A DNA stretch of 64,000 nucleotides, from positions 1,730 through 65,729 of the forward strand of contig CAYUSA010000010.1 in the NCBI GenBank assembly GCA_964447335.1. The letters are read 5' to 3'. The position numbers and the translations under genes were made by a program. Below the pieces are notes generated by a model. It had not been told where the DNA came from and ran no database searches. It saw nothing but the letters and a program-made list of their open reading frames with translations. This DNA is from an uncultured Actinomycetes bacterium. Its GTDB lineage: Bacteria > Actinomycetota > UBA4738 > HRBIN12. Below, piece after piece: positions 9,748-19,940 of the stretch (its first letter is position 1; every line of letters begins with the position of its first letter).

Positions 9748-10703
9748 ACCGGATGAAGTGCCGTCGCTGCAAAGCGCCCGCCGTCATCGAGATCCGCCGG
9801 CACAACGCGGCGTTCTGCCAGGAGTGCTTCGAGCGCCACGTGCGCGAGCAGGTGAAGCGCGCCATCGAGGCCTTCGACATGTTCGGGCCTCGGGACCGCA
9901 TCCTCATCGCGGTCTCGGGCGGGAAGGACTCGCTCGCCCTGTGGGACGTGCTGCTCGGCCTGGGCTACGACGCCGGCGGCCTGTACCTGGGGCTCGGGAT
10001 CGGAGGGTACTCCACGCGGTCCGGCGAGCTCGTGCGGGCGTTCGCGCGGGAGCGGGAGGCCCACCTCGTCGAGGTCGACCTGGCCGCCGAGTACGGCTTC
10101 GACATCCCGACCGCGGGCCGCAAGGGCTCGCGTTCGACCTGCGCGGTGTGCGGGCTCTCCAAGCGCTACGTGTTCAATCGAGCGGCGATCGAGCACGGCT
10201 ACGACGTCGTCGCGACCGGCCACAACCTGGACGACGAGGCCGCGACGCTCCTCGGCAACACGCTCCGCTGGCAGACCGACTACATCGCGCGGCAGTTCCC
10301 GGTCCTGCCCGCCGAGGAGGGCCTGCTCAAGAAGGTGAAGCCGCTGCACCGCCTCTCGGAGCTCGAGACGGCCGCCTACGCGTTCCTGCGCGGCATCGAC
10401 TACGTCGTCGAGGAGTGCCCGCTCGTCGCCGGGAACACCCAGCTCCGATTCAAGGAGGTGCTGAACGAGCTCGAGGCCAGCTCGCCCGGCACGAAGGCGC
10501 AGTTCTTCCTCACGTATCTCGAGCGCGGAGCCCCGCTCTTCGCACGGCAGGACGAGGTGGAGCTCACCTCCTGCGCGAACTGCGGCCAGCCGACCACCGG
10601 ACGCTTCTGCGCGTTCTGCCGGGCGCGAGCCCAGATGCTCGGGGTACGCCTCGAGGACCCGGTCCCGGAGCCCAGGGCGGCCGCGGGCGGGGGCGGGTCG
10701 TGA
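9744..10703 (+). CDS. ttuA: TtuA/Ncs6(Ctu1)-family tRNA 2-thiolase
   Basis: N-terminal Zn finger (CRRC..CQECF), PP-loop SGGKDS, CAVC, GHNLDD, EECP, C-terminal Zn finger (CANC..CAFC). Confidence 0.85.
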   Translation: MNRMKCRRCKAPAVIEIRRHNAAFCQECFERHVREQVKRAIEAFDMFGPRDRILIAVSGGKDSLALWDVLLGLGYDAGGLYLGLGIGGYSTRSGELVRAFAREREAHLVEVDLAAEYGFDIPTAGRKGSRSTCAVCGLSKRYVFNRAAIEHGYDVVATGHNLDDEAATLLGNTLRWQTDYIARQFPVLPAEEGLLKKVKPLHRLSELETAAYAFLRGIDYVVEECPLVAGNTQLRFKEVLNELEASSPGTKAQFFLTYLERGAPLFARQDEVELTSCANCGQPTTGRFCAFCRARAQMLGVRLEDPVPEPRAAAGGGGS

Positions 10704-11545
10704 GCGGACCGTTCGAGACCGGCGAGCGCATCCTGCTGGTCGACCAGCGCGGCCGCCGCTACCTCGTGAAGCTGCAGCCCGGCCAGACGTTCCACTCGCA
10801 CGGCGGGACCGTGCCACACGACCTCATCATCGGGGAGCCGGAGGGTACGAGGGTGCACTCGGCGAGCGGGATGGTCTTCCGGTGCTTCCGCCCGCGGATG
10901 GCGGACTTCGTGCTGAAGATGCCGCGGGGCGCCCAGGTGGTGTACCCGAAGGACGTCGGCGCGATCCTCGTGCAGGCCGACGTGTACCTCGGCGCACGCG
11001 TGCTCGAGGCCGGCACCGGCTCGGGGGCGCTCACGCTCGCGCTGTGCCGCGCGACCGGCCCCGAGGGCCGCGTCGTTTCCTACGAGCTCCGCCCGGAGTT
11101 CCGGGCCAAGGCGGCCCAGAACCTGGAGTCGTTCTTCGGCAAGCTCCCCGAGTGGCTCGAGCTCCGAGATGGCGACGTCCGCGACGTGAGGACGAGCGGG
11201 GAGACCTTCGACCGCGCCGTGCTGGACCTGCCCGAGCCGTGGACCGTGCTCGAGACGCTGACGGCGGTCCTTCCGCCGGGGGGCATCGTGTGTGGCTACC
11301 TGCCGACGACGATCCAGGTCCAGCAGCTCGTGCTCGCGATGCACGAGGGCGGCTTCGAGCACGTCGACACGTTCGAGGTCCTGCAACGCTCCTGGCACGT
11401 GACGAGGCGCAGCGTGCGCCCGGACCACCGGATGGTCGCGCACACGGGCTTCATCACGATCGGCCGGCGACTCCCGCCGGGGGAGAGCGCTCCCGAGCCC
11501 GATGAGGACGACGCTCAGCCCGGGCTCGCCGACGCCGACGTATAG
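10700..11545 (+). CDS. trmI: tRNA (adenine-58-N1)-methyltransferase
   Basis: MPRGAQVVYPKD, VLEAGTGSGALT, LDLPEPW, RPDHRMVAHTGF; GTG overlaps ttuA stop. Confidence 0.93.
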   Translation: MSGPFETGERILLVDQRGRRYLVKLQPGQTFHSHGGTVPHDLIIGEPEGTRVHSASGMVFRCFRPRMADFVLKMPRGAQVVYPKDVGAILVQADVYLGARVLEAGTGSGALTLALCRATGPEGRVVSYELRPEFRAKAAQNLESFFGKLPEWLELRDGDVRDVRTSGETFDRAVLDLPEPWTVLETLTAVLPPGGIVCGYLPTTIQVQQLVLAMHEGGFEHVDTFEVLQRSWHVTRRSVRPDHRMVAHTGFITIGRRLPPGESAPEPDEDDAQPGLADADV

Positions 11546-11629
11546 GAGGGCGAGAACACCCCGCGCCGGCCTCCCAGCGTGTCGGGAGGCCCGGCGTATA
11601 CTGCGGCGCACTTGCGGGAGGTGACGGAG

Positions 11630-13384
11630 ATGCCCGAGCCCGACCCTCGGGAACAGCAGGAGCTGTACGAGAAGCAGGTACACGAGCTCGAGGTCCAGGT
11701 TCGGTTCCTGGAGGACGAGATCGCGCTGCTGCGCCGGCGGCTCACGAACGCACCTCGGCAGGTCAAGATCCTCGAGGAGAAGATGCTCGAGGCCAAGGGC
11801 GACCTCGCGCGCGCGCTCAACCAGAACGAGAAGCTCGCGAGCGCGCTCACGGGCGAGCGCGACCGCATCGAGGCCCTGCGCGAGGAGGTCGAGAAGCTCA
11901 GCCAGCCGCCGGCCTCCTTCGGCGTGTACCTCGCCTCGAACGAAGACGGCACGGTGGACGTCTTCACCGCGGGCCGCAAGATGCGCGTGAACGTCTCTCC
12001 CGACATCGACGCGGAGCTTCTATGCCGGGGGGCCGAGGTCATCCTGAACGAGGCCCTCAACGTCGTCGAGATCCTCGAGCCCGATCGCGCCGGCGAGGTC
12101 ATGAAGGTGAAGGAGCGGCTCGGCGAGGACCGGGTCCTCGTCGTCGGTCGGGGCGATGAGGAGTTCGTGGCGACGCTGTCGGCGGCGCTCCGGGCCGAGG
12201 AGCACATCCGCGCCGGCGATCCGCTCCTCGTGGACACGCGCTCCAACGTCGCCCTCGAGAAGCTCCCCAAGGAGGAGGTCGAGGAGCTCGTCCTCGAGGA
12301 GATCCCGGACGTGACCTACGAGGACATCGGCGGGCTCGAGGGCCAGATCGAAGCGATCCGCGATGCCGTCGAGCTGCCCTTCCTGTACGCGGAGCTGTTC
12401 CAGGAGCACCAGCTCGAGGCGCCGAAGGGCGTGCTGCTGTACGGGCCCCCGGGCTGCGGCAAGACGCTCATCGCGAAGGCCGTCGCGAAGTCCCTGGCCG
12501 ACAAGGTGCGCGAGCGCACCGGGCGTGCGGACGCGCACTCCTACTTCTTGAACATCAAGGGCCCGGAGCTGCTGAACAAGTACGTCGGCGAGACCGAGCG
12601 CCAGATCCGGCAGATCTTCCAGCGCGCGAAGGAGCGCAGCGAGGAGGGCCTGCCGGTCATCGTGTTCTTCGACGAGATGGACTCGATCTTCCGTACGCGT
12701 GGGACAGGCATCTCCTCCGACGTCGAGTCGACGATCGTGCCGCAGCTGCTGTCCGAGCTCGACGGCGTCGAGACGCTGAAGAACGTCATCGTGATCGGCG
12801 CCTCGAACCGCGAGGACCTCATCGACCCCGCGATCCTGCGCCCCGGTCGCCTCGACGTGAAGATCAAGATCGAGCGCCCGAACGCAGGCCAGGCTGCGGA
12901 CATCATGGGCAAGTACCTGAACCCGTCGGTGCCGATCCACCCCGAGGACGTCACGCGCGCGGGCGAGGTCAAGGTCGCCGTCACGCGGATGATCCAGCAG
13001 ACCGTTGACCGGATGTACGCGACCTCGTCGGAGAACCGGTTCCTCGAGGTCACGTACGCCTCGGGCGACAAGGAGGTCCTCTACTTCAAGGACTTCAACT
13101 CCGGCGCGATGATCGAGAACGTCGTCCGGCGTGCGAAGAAGGAAGCCATCAAGCGGTTCCTGTCGACCGGTGAGAAGGGCATCAAGGCCGACGACCTCTT
13201 CCACGCGATCCGCGACGAGTTCAAGGAGAACGAGGACCTGCCGAACACGACGAACCCGGACGACTGGGCTCGCGTCTCCGGGAAGAAGGGCGAGCGCATC
13301 GTCTACGTGCGCACCCTGCTCGGCGACGGCCCCGAGGGCGAGGGCCGGCAGGTCGAACGCGTGAGCGCCGGCCAGTACCTGTAG
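11630..13384 (+). CDS. arc: Proteasome AAA+ ATPase ARC/Mpa
   Basis: N-terminal coiled coil, [29 protein letters not shown]-terminal GQYL. Confidence 0.96.
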   Translation: MPEPDPREQQELYEKQVHELEVQVRFLEDEIALLRRRLTNAPRQVKILEEKMLEAKGDLARALNQNEKLASALTGERDRIEALREEVEKLSQPPASFGVYLASNEDGTVDVFTAGRKMRVNVSPDIDAELLCRGAEVILNEALNVVEILEPDRAGEVMKVKERLGEDRVLVVGRGDEEFVATLSAALRAEEHIRAGDPLLVDTRSNVALEKLPKEEVEELVLEEIPDVTYEDIGGLEGQIEAIRDAVELPFLYAELFQEHQLEAPKGVLLYGPPGCGKTLIAKAVAKSLADKVRERTGRADAHSYFLNIKGPELLNKYVGETERQIRQIFQRAKERSEEGLPVIVFFDEMDSIFRTRGTGISSDVESTIVPQLLSELDGVETLKNVIVIGASNREDLIDPAILRPGRLDVKIKIERPNAGQAADIMGKYLNPSVPIHPEDVTRAGEVKVAVTRMIQQTVDRMYATSSENRFLEVTYASGDKEVLYFKDFNSGAMIENVVRRAKKEAIKRFLSTGEKGIKADDLFHAIRDEFKENEDLPNTTNPDDWARVSGKKGERIVYVRTLLGDGPEGEGRQVERVSAGQYL

Positions 13385-13393
13385 GCTGCCGCG

Positions 13394-14878
13394 ATGGCCA
13401 TCCCCAAGGTCGTCGGGACCGAGACCGAGTACGGCATCGCGGCCGTGGGGGCGGGCGAGTTCAATCCGGTCCTCACGTCATCGCAACTCATCAGCAGCTA
13501 CGCGGGCGCACTCCGTCGGATCCGCTGGGACTACGAGCAGGAATCTCCGCTCCGCGACGCTCGGGGGTTCGAGCCGGTGCAGATGCGCGAGCCGCCGGAG
13601 GAGGACCTCGGGCTCGCGAACGTCATCCTGCCGAACGGCGCCCGCTACTACGTCGACCACGCGCACCCGGAGTACTCGACGCCCGAGTGCGCCTCGCCGC
13701 GCGAGCTCGTCGTGCACGACAAGGCGGGCGAGCGGATCTTGGAGCGCTCCCTCCGCGAGCTCCACACCGCCATCCCGGACGGCCGGCGGATCGCCGTGTA
13801 CAAGAACAACAGTGACGGCAAGGGGAACTCGTACGGCACGCACGAGAACTACCTCGTGGACCGCGCGACGCCGTTCGCGGCCATCGTTCGAGATCTCACA
13901 CCGTTCTTCGTGAGCCGGCAGGTCTTCACCGGCGCCGGCAAGCTCGGCGCCGAGGCGCCCTGGGACGATCGCGGGAGCCACCGGTACCAGCTCACGCAGC
14001 GCGCGGACTTCTTCGAGGCCGAGGTCGGCCTCGAGACCACGCTGAAGCGACCGATCATCAACACCCGTGACGAACCTCACGCCGACCCTGAGCGGTACCG
14101 GCGGCTGCACGTGATCGTCGGGGACGCGAACATGTGCGAGATCGCCACGTTCCTCAAGGTGGGAACCACGGCGATCGTGCTGAAGATGATCGAGGACGAG
14201 TACCTACCCGACCTCACCCTGGTGAACCCGGTGGCCGCCCTGCACGAGATCTCGCGCAACCTCACCTGCACGGCGCAGGTGGGCCTCACCGACGGGCGGC
14301 GGCTCTCGGCCGTGCAACTGCAGTGGGAGTACCTCGAGCGTGCGAAGAAGTACGTCGAGCAGGAGGACCCCAGCGCCGAGAACGAGGAGGTCGTGGCGCG
14401 GTGGGAGACGGTCCTCGCGGCGATCGAGGAAGACCCCCTCACGCTCCACCGTGAGCTCGACTGGGTGGCCAAGCACCGCCTGCTCGAGGGCTACCGCGAG
14501 CGCGACGGCCTGGACTGGTCCGACCCGAAGCTGCGGCTCGTCGATCTCCAGTACCACGACGTCCGGCGCGACAAGGGGCTGTACCACCGGCTCGAGGCCT
14601 CGGGCCAGGTCGAGCGCCTGACGACCGACGCCGAGATCGAGCGCGCCGTGATGGAGCCCCCCGAGGACACTCGCGCCTACTTCCGAGGCCGGTGCATCAG
14701 CAAGTACCCGGACGCGATCGCCGCCGCCTCTTGGGATTCGATCATCTTCGACACGGGTGGCGAGACCCTCCAGCGCATCCCGATGCGGGAGCCGCTGCGG
14801 GGCACCCGGGCGCACGTCGAGGACGTGCTCGAGCGCGCCAAGGACCCAGCCACGCTCGTCGAGCTGCTGCGGTCGTAG
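13394..14878 (+). CDS. dop: Depupylase/deamidase Dop
   Basis: GTETEYGI, NGARYYVDHAHPEYS, YKNNSDGKGNSYGTHENY; precedes pup. Confidence 0.95.
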   Translation: MAIPKVVGTETEYGIAAVGAGEFNPVLTSSQLISSYAGALRRIRWDYEQESPLRDARGFEPVQMREPPEEDLGLANVILPNGARYYVDHAHPEYSTPECASPRELVVHDKAGERILERSLRELHTAIPDGRRIAVYKNNSDGKGNSYGTHENYLVDRATPFAAIVRDLTPFFVSRQVFTGAGKLGAEAPWDDRGSHRYQLTQRADFFEAEVGLETTLKRPIINTRDEPHADPERYRRLHVIVGDANMCEIATFLKVGTTAIVLKMIEDEYLPDLTLVNPVAALHEISRNLTCTAQVGLTDGRRLSAVQLQWEYLERAKKYVEQEDPSAENEEVVARWETVLAAIEEDPLTLHRELDWVAKHRLLEGYRERDGLDWSDPKLRLVDLQYHDVRRDKGLYHRLEASGQVERLTTDAEIERAVMEPPEDTRAYFRGRCISKYPDAIAAASWDSIIFDTGGETLQRIPMREPLRGTRAHVEDVLERAKDPATLVELLRS

Positions 14879-14932
14879 CCGGGGCCGCGGGTAGAATCAC
14901 GCTGCCGGCCCGCGACCGGGAGGAGACCCCAC

Positions 14933-15133
14933 GTGCCGCAGGAGCAGGAGCAGAAGAAGACCCAGCGTCGGTCGGGCGGCGGAGGTCAGGACGACGCCGG
15001 CGAGGTCCACGTCCGCTCCAAGGGCGAGAAGCTCAAGGAGGAGATGGACGACATCCTCGACGAGATCGACTCGGTCCTCGAGGAGAACGCCGAGGAGTTC
15101 GTGAAGAGCTACGTCCAGAAGGGCGGGCAGTGA
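14933..15133 (+). CDS. pup: Prokaryotic ubiquitin-like protein Pup (GGQ C-terminus)
   Basis: [28 protein letters not shown]. Confidence 0.97.
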   Translation: MPQEQEQKKTQRRSGGGGQDDAGEVHVRSKGEKLKEEMDDILDEIDSVLEENAEEFVKSYVQKGGQ

Positions 15134-15933
15134 GCCGCGAGCCGCTGGGTCTGCCCGCGACGGGCGACGGGCCGATCGGCGCGAACCCGAGCTTCTTCGA
15201 CCTCGTGGCGCGCTCGCGCCCGGAGCTCCTCCAGCGGGTCCGGACCGCCGGCGACACCCAACCGACGCTCCCGCATGGCACGACGGTGCTCGGCCTGAAG
15301 TTCGAGGGCGGCGTCGTGTTCGCCGGCGACCGCCGCGCCACCGAGGGCTACACCATCGCCGACGACAAGATGGAGAAGGTCTTCGCGGCCGACGACTACT
15401 CCGCCATCGCGATCGCCGGGGTCGCCGGCCAGGCCGTCGAGATCGTGAAGCTCTTCCAGCTCGAGCTCGAGCACTACGAGAAGATCACGGGCGACCGCCT
15501 CTCCCTGGAGGGCAAGGCCAACCGCCTCGGCCAGATGATCCGCGGCAACTTCCCGCTCGCGATGCAGGGACTCGTGGTCGTGCCCCTGTTCGGGGGCTAC
15601 GACGAGCGCCACGACGAGGGCCGCCTCTTCTACTACGACGCCACCGGGGGTCGCTGGGAGGAGGAGGACTACCACTCCACGGGCTCGGGCGGGCGTCCGG
15701 CCATGAGCTCCCTCAAGAAGCGCTGGCGTCCGGGGCTCAACCGGGAGGAGGCCGTCCGCGTGGCGGTGGAGGCGCTCCTGGACGCCTCGCAGGAAGACGT
15801 CGCGACGGGCGGACCCGACCCCGTGCGCGGGATCTACCCTGTCGTGCTCGTCGTGACCGGAACGGGCGTGACGCGAGCCGACGACGACGAGGTCAAGACC
15901 GCGTACGAGGCCATCGTGGGGGAGCGCTCCTGA
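15130..15933 (+). CDS. prcB: 20S proteasome beta subunit
   Basis: Propeptide then HG/TTVLGL; AGDRRAT; GSGG; GTG overlaps pup stop. Confidence 0.95.
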   Translation: MSREPLGLPATGDGPIGANPSFFDLVARSRPELLQRVRTAGDTQPTLPHGTTVLGLKFEGGVVFAGDRRATEGYTIADDKMEKVFAADDYSAIAIAGVAGQAVEIVKLFQLELEHYEKITGDRLSLEGKANRLGQMIRGNFPLAMQGLVVVPLFGGYDERHDEGRLFYYDATGGRWEEEDYHSTGSGGRPAMSSLKKRWRPGLNREEAVRVAVEALLDASQEDVATGGPDPVRGIYPVVLVVTGTGVTRADDDEVKTAYEAIVGERS

Positions 15934-16619
15934 TGTCGTTCATGCCGTACGTGCCGCCGGAGCAGCTCATGAAGGACCGCTCCGATTTCGCCCACAAGGG
16001 CATCGGGCGCGGGAAGTCGGTCGTCGGCATCGAGTTCGCCGGCGGCATCCTGTTCCTGGCCGAGAACCCGAGCGCGACCCTGCACAAGATCAGCGAGATC
16101 TACGACCGGATCGCGTTCGCCGGTGTCGGCAAGTACAGCGAGTTCGAGGAGCTCCGCATCGCCGGCGTGCGCCTCGCCGACATGCGGGGGTACTCCTACG
16201 ACCGCGAGGACGTGCGGGCCAGGGACCTCGCGAACGCGTATTCGCAGGCGCTCTCCGGCATCTTCACGCAGCAGATGAAACCGTACGAGGTCGAGATCCT
16301 CGTCGGCGAGATCGCCGAGGACGGCGGGCGGAACGAGCTCTACCACGTCCTGTTCGACGGGACGGTGACCGACCGGCACGGCTACGTCGGGATCGGCGGC
16401 CACGCCGAGGACCTCACGAGCGCCCTGAAGGACGCCTACGCAGAGGACTGGGACCTCGCGACCTCCGTGCGCGAGGCCGTGAAGGCGCTGTCCGCGGCCG
16501 AGGGCCGTCAGGTCGAGGCAACCTCGATCGAAGCCGGGCTGCTCGACCGGACGCGCTCCGCGCGGCGTAAGTTCCGCCGCCTCGGAGACGACGAGGTCGC
16601 CTCGACCCTCGCCGGCTGA
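15933..16619 (+). CDS. prcA: 20S proteasome alpha subunit
   Basis: FMPYVPPEQLMKDR, KGIGRGKSVV, LHKISEIYDRI. Confidence 0.95.
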   Translation: MSFMPYVPPEQLMKDRSDFAHKGIGRGKSVVGIEFAGGILFLAENPSATLHKISEIYDRIAFAGVGKYSEFEELRIAGVRLADMRGYSYDREDVRARDLANAYSQALSGIFTQQMKPYEVEILVGEIAEDGGRNELYHVLFDGTVTDRHGYVGIGGHAEDLTSALKDAYAEDWDLATSVREAVKALSAAEGRQVEATSIEAGLLDRTRSARRKFRRLGDDEVASTLAG

Positions 16620-16679
16620 GCGTCGGCCCCACCGGCCCCGGCTCCCTGGTTCTTCGGGCTCGGGACCTACACTCGATGC

Positions 16680-18038
16680 GTGGATCGCCGCATCTTCGGC
16701 CTCGAGAACGAGTACGGCGTCACCTGCACGTTCCGCGGGCAACGGCGACTCTCGCCCGATGAGGTCGCCCGGTACCTCTTCCGGAGGGTCGTGCACTGGG
16801 GTCGCTCCTCGAACGTGTTCCTGGAGAACGGCGCGCGGCTGTACCTGGATGTCGGCTCCCACCCTGAGTACGCGACGCCCGAGTGCGACCGGATCCTCGA
16901 CGTCGTCGCGCACGACAAGGCGGGGGAGCGGATCCTCGAGGCCCTGCTCGCCGCGGCCGAGGTCCGTCTGCACGAGGAGGGCATCAGCGGCCAGGTCTAC
17001 CTCTTCAAGAACAACACCGACTCGGCCGGCAATTCGTACGGCTGCCACGAGAACTACCTCGTCGCCCGACAGGGCGAGTTCGCGCGGATGGCGGACATCC
17101 TCATCCCGTTCTTCGTCACGCGTCAGATCTGGTGCGGCGCCGGGAAGGTGCTCCACGGGCCCCGGGGAGCGCAGTTCTGCATCGCGCAGCGCGCCGAGCA
17201 CATCTGGGAGGGCGTGTCCTCGGCGACGACGCGGTCGCGGCCGATCATCAACACGCGCGACGAGCCGCACGCGGACGCCGAGCGCTTCCGCCGGCTCCAC
17301 GTGATCGTGGGCGACTCGAACATGAACGAGTGGACGACGTTCATGAAGGTCGGCATCACGGACCTCGTGCTCCGGATGGTCGAAGCGAACACGGTGATGC
17401 GCGACCTCACCCTCGAGAACCCGATCCGCGCGATCCGCGAGATCAGTCACGACCTCACCTGCCGCAAGAAGGTGAAACTCGGCAACGGGCGCGAGCTCAC
17501 GGCGATCGAGGTCCAGGAGGAGTACTACGAGCGCACCGCCCGATCCGTCGAGCGCCGGGGTGGCGACGAGCAGACGCACCTGCTGCTCGGCGAGTGGCGT
17601 GACGCGCTCGACGCCCTGGCGGCGGGCGAGCCCGAACGGCTCGTGCGGAAGGTCGACTGGGTCGCGAAGCAGATCATGATCGAGCGTTACCGCAACAAGC
17701 ACGGGTTGCCGCTGTCCTCGCCGAGGGTGGCGCTGCTCGATCTGGCATACCACGACGTGAATCGGACCCGGGGCCTGTACTACGTCATGGAGCGCGCCGG
17801 CAAGGTCGACCGTGCCGTCACCGAGAAGTCGATCCAGCGCGCGATGCGCGAGCCCCCGCAGACGACCCGCGCGAAGCTGCGGGGCGACTTCATCCGCCAG
17901 GCAAAGCAGAAGCGGCGCGACTACACGGTCGACTGGGTCCACCTCAAGCTCAACGACCAGGCGCAGCGCACGGTCCTGTGCAAGGACCCCTTCCGCTCGG
18001 TCGACGAGCGCGTCGAGCAGCTCATCGCCCACATGTGA
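16680..18038 (+). CDS. pafA: Pup-protein ligase
   Basis: [60 protein letters not shown]. Confidence 0.96.
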   Translation: MDRRIFGLENEYGVTCTFRGQRRLSPDEVARYLFRRVVHWGRSSNVFLENGARLYLDVGSHPEYATPECDRILDVVAHDKAGERILEALLAAAEVRLHEEGISGQVYLFKNNTDSAGNSYGCHENYLVARQGEFARMADILIPFFVTRQIWCGAGKVLHGPRGAQFCIAQRAEHIWEGVSSATTRSRPIINTRDEPHADAERFRRLHVIVGDSNMNEWTTFMKVGITDLVLRMVEANTVMRDLTLENPIRAIREISHDLTCRKKVKLGNGRELTAIEVQEEYYERTARSVERRGGDEQTHLLLGEWRDALDALAAGEPERLVRKVDWVAKQIMIERYRNKHGLPLSSPRVALLDLAYHDVNRTRGLYYVMERAGKVDRAVTEKSIQRAMREPPQTTRAKLRGDFIRQAKQKRRDYTVDWVHLKLNDQAQRTVLCKDPFRSVDERVEQLIAHM

Positions 18039-18074
18039 CTTGCGCGTGCGGCCGCGGGCCGTGAGGATGCGGCC

Positions 18075-18786
18075 GTGGGGCGCAGCACGACGTCTTCGAC
18101 GCGCGGACGGACCGCGCCGCGACGGGAGCGGCCGCCCGAGTTCGACAGGGAGCTCGACGTCGGCTACCTCCTTCGGATCGCCCTCGCGGTGTTCGGCGTG
18201 CTCGCGATGGTATCGCGGTGTGGATCCTCATCCCGAGGTCCGCGAGCTACGGCGGTCCATTGCAGGATCCCGACCTGTCGGGTTCGTCGTCGAGCGGCGC
18301 GATGCGCGCCGCCGGCAAAGCGGTGAGCTTCGGCATCTTCCTGCCCTGGAACGCGGGGGAAGAGGACACCGTGCTCGACAAGCTCGTGCCGCTGTCGGCG
18401 TCTGAGGGCCTGAAGATCGTCGGAGCGGGGGTCCTCACACCGGTCGACGACGGCGTGGGCTCGGCGGAGGGCTACCCACCGGCCGGGATGCTGAAGCCCC
18501 CACCCGTTGCGGCTACGTGATCCCGCCCGGGTCGAGCGCGCTCGACTCCTACCAGATCGTCGTCGGCGTCCGGGCCAAGGAGCCCGGGGTGCATACGATC
18601 CCCGGCTTCGAGATCCAGTACCACGTCGGGGGAACGAGCTACCGGGCGATCCCGCTCCAGGGCGTGTGGATCTGCGTGCCGAGGCAGGAGAAGCCCGCGT
18701 GCCCCGGCAAGGGCGACATCGCGGACCAGCAGCGGGAGCTCCGCGCGTCCCTCGGCTCCCTCGTCAAGGGCCCCGACCGGGGTTGA
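18075..18786 (+). pseudogene. Membrane-anchored/secreted hypothetical protein split by two apparent 1-nt deletions (~18212, ~18510)
   Basis: ORFs 18075-18326, 18218-18520 and 18517-18786 join into one TM plus beta-rich protein by two -1 shifts. Confidence 0.6.
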
Positions 18787-18801
18787 CCCCCGCGTCCGGC
18801 C

Positions 18802-19917
18802 TCAGCGGTTGAGATCGCGGTAGCGACGCGAGCCCGCAGCCATCCGCCCGGCCATGACGCCGGCGGCGCCGGCGGCCAGGAAGAAGGGCGGATCCTCGCC
18901 GGGGGTGCGACCCATCGAGTCGATGGTCACGCCTCGGCGCTCGAGCTCGGCGAGGGCGGGGCGCCCGTCGGCCTCGACGAGCTGATGCCGCTCCTCGAGG
19001 TTCGCGGCCCGGAGCGCGTCCCAGACCGCCGTGCGCTCGGGCTCCTCGAGCGTCGGGACCGCGACGTTCACGTCGGCCGAGCAGACCTTCCTGAGGATCG
19101 TCACCGAGTGGTGCGACACGCCGCGGTGACGCTCGCGCGGGTCGGCGAAGGACACGCGGAGCGCCGCGACCGGCCGGCCACCGAGCGTCCGGGCGGCCGA
19201 GAGCGCGTGCCCGGACCCGAGGGCGCTCACACCCCACGTCGTGTCGGTGCCGAGGTTCCCCGGTCCGTCGGCCACGACGATGACCTCGGCCTCCAGCACC
19301 TCCTTCGCCGCGAGGAGCCCGGTCCACACCGTCACGGCCTCGAGCTCGCCGCCGAAGGCCTGCCCGCATGTGATCCAGCCGTCGAGGAGCCCCGCCTCCA
19401 CCAGGCGCGGCACGAGCCGGGAGAAGCCGCCGACGAGCGCCGCGCCGTCGGTCATCACGTAGACGACCCGGGCGTCCGCGCTCGCCTTCGCGCCGGCGGC
19501 GATCGGGGCGATCATCGAGTGCAGGGGCGCGCATACCACCGGCGTGTTCCGCAGGCCGGGCGAGCTCTCGAGCACGTCGCGGTGAGTCTCCTCGACGCTT
19601 CGCACCGCCGCCTGCAGCGGGGTGTAGCGCGCCTTCATGACCCGCCCATCGTGCGCGAGGTCGGCGTCGGCGCCGCCCTCGACCGCAACGACGAGGTGCA
19701 GCCCGCCGGTGCCGAGCCCCAGATCCACAGCCGTGGTGTTCAGCACCACCCGGTCGCCGACGCGGATCTCGCCGACGAGCGCCGGGTACGAAAGGGCCGG
19801 CTCGACGCGGCCCTCGACCTCGACCGTGAGCTCGACGGCGCCGCCCACCGACACCAGCTCCATCACCGTGCCGCGGCGGAGCCGGACGAGCGGTTCTTCC
19901 GGTCGGTTCGCGCCCAT
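18802..19917 (-). CDS. DUF3866-family protein
   Basis: RLRRGTV, VVLNTTAV.LGLGTGG, MKARYTPLQ, RERHRGVSHH; usual neighbour of paf genes. Confidence 0.8.
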   Translation of the reverse strand: MGANRPEEPLVRLRRGTVMELVSVGGAVELTVEVEGRVEPALSYPALVGEIRVGDRVVLNTTAVDLGLGTGGLHLVVAVEGGADADLAHDGRVMKARYTPLQAAVRSVEETHRDVLESSPGLRNTPVVCAPLHSMIAPIAAGAKASADARVVYVMTDGAALVGGFSRLVPRLVEAGLLDGWITCGQAFGGELEAVTVWTGLLAAKEVLEAEVIVVADGPGNLGTDTTWGVSALGSGHALSAARTLGGRPVAALRVSFADPRERHRGVSHHSVTILRKVCSADVNVAVPTLEEPERTAVWDALRAANLEERHQLVEADGRPALAELERRGVTIDSMGRTPGEDPPFFLAAGAAGVMAGRMAAGSRRYRDLNR

Positions 19918-19940
19918 GCCCCGAGTATGATGCGGCTCGC

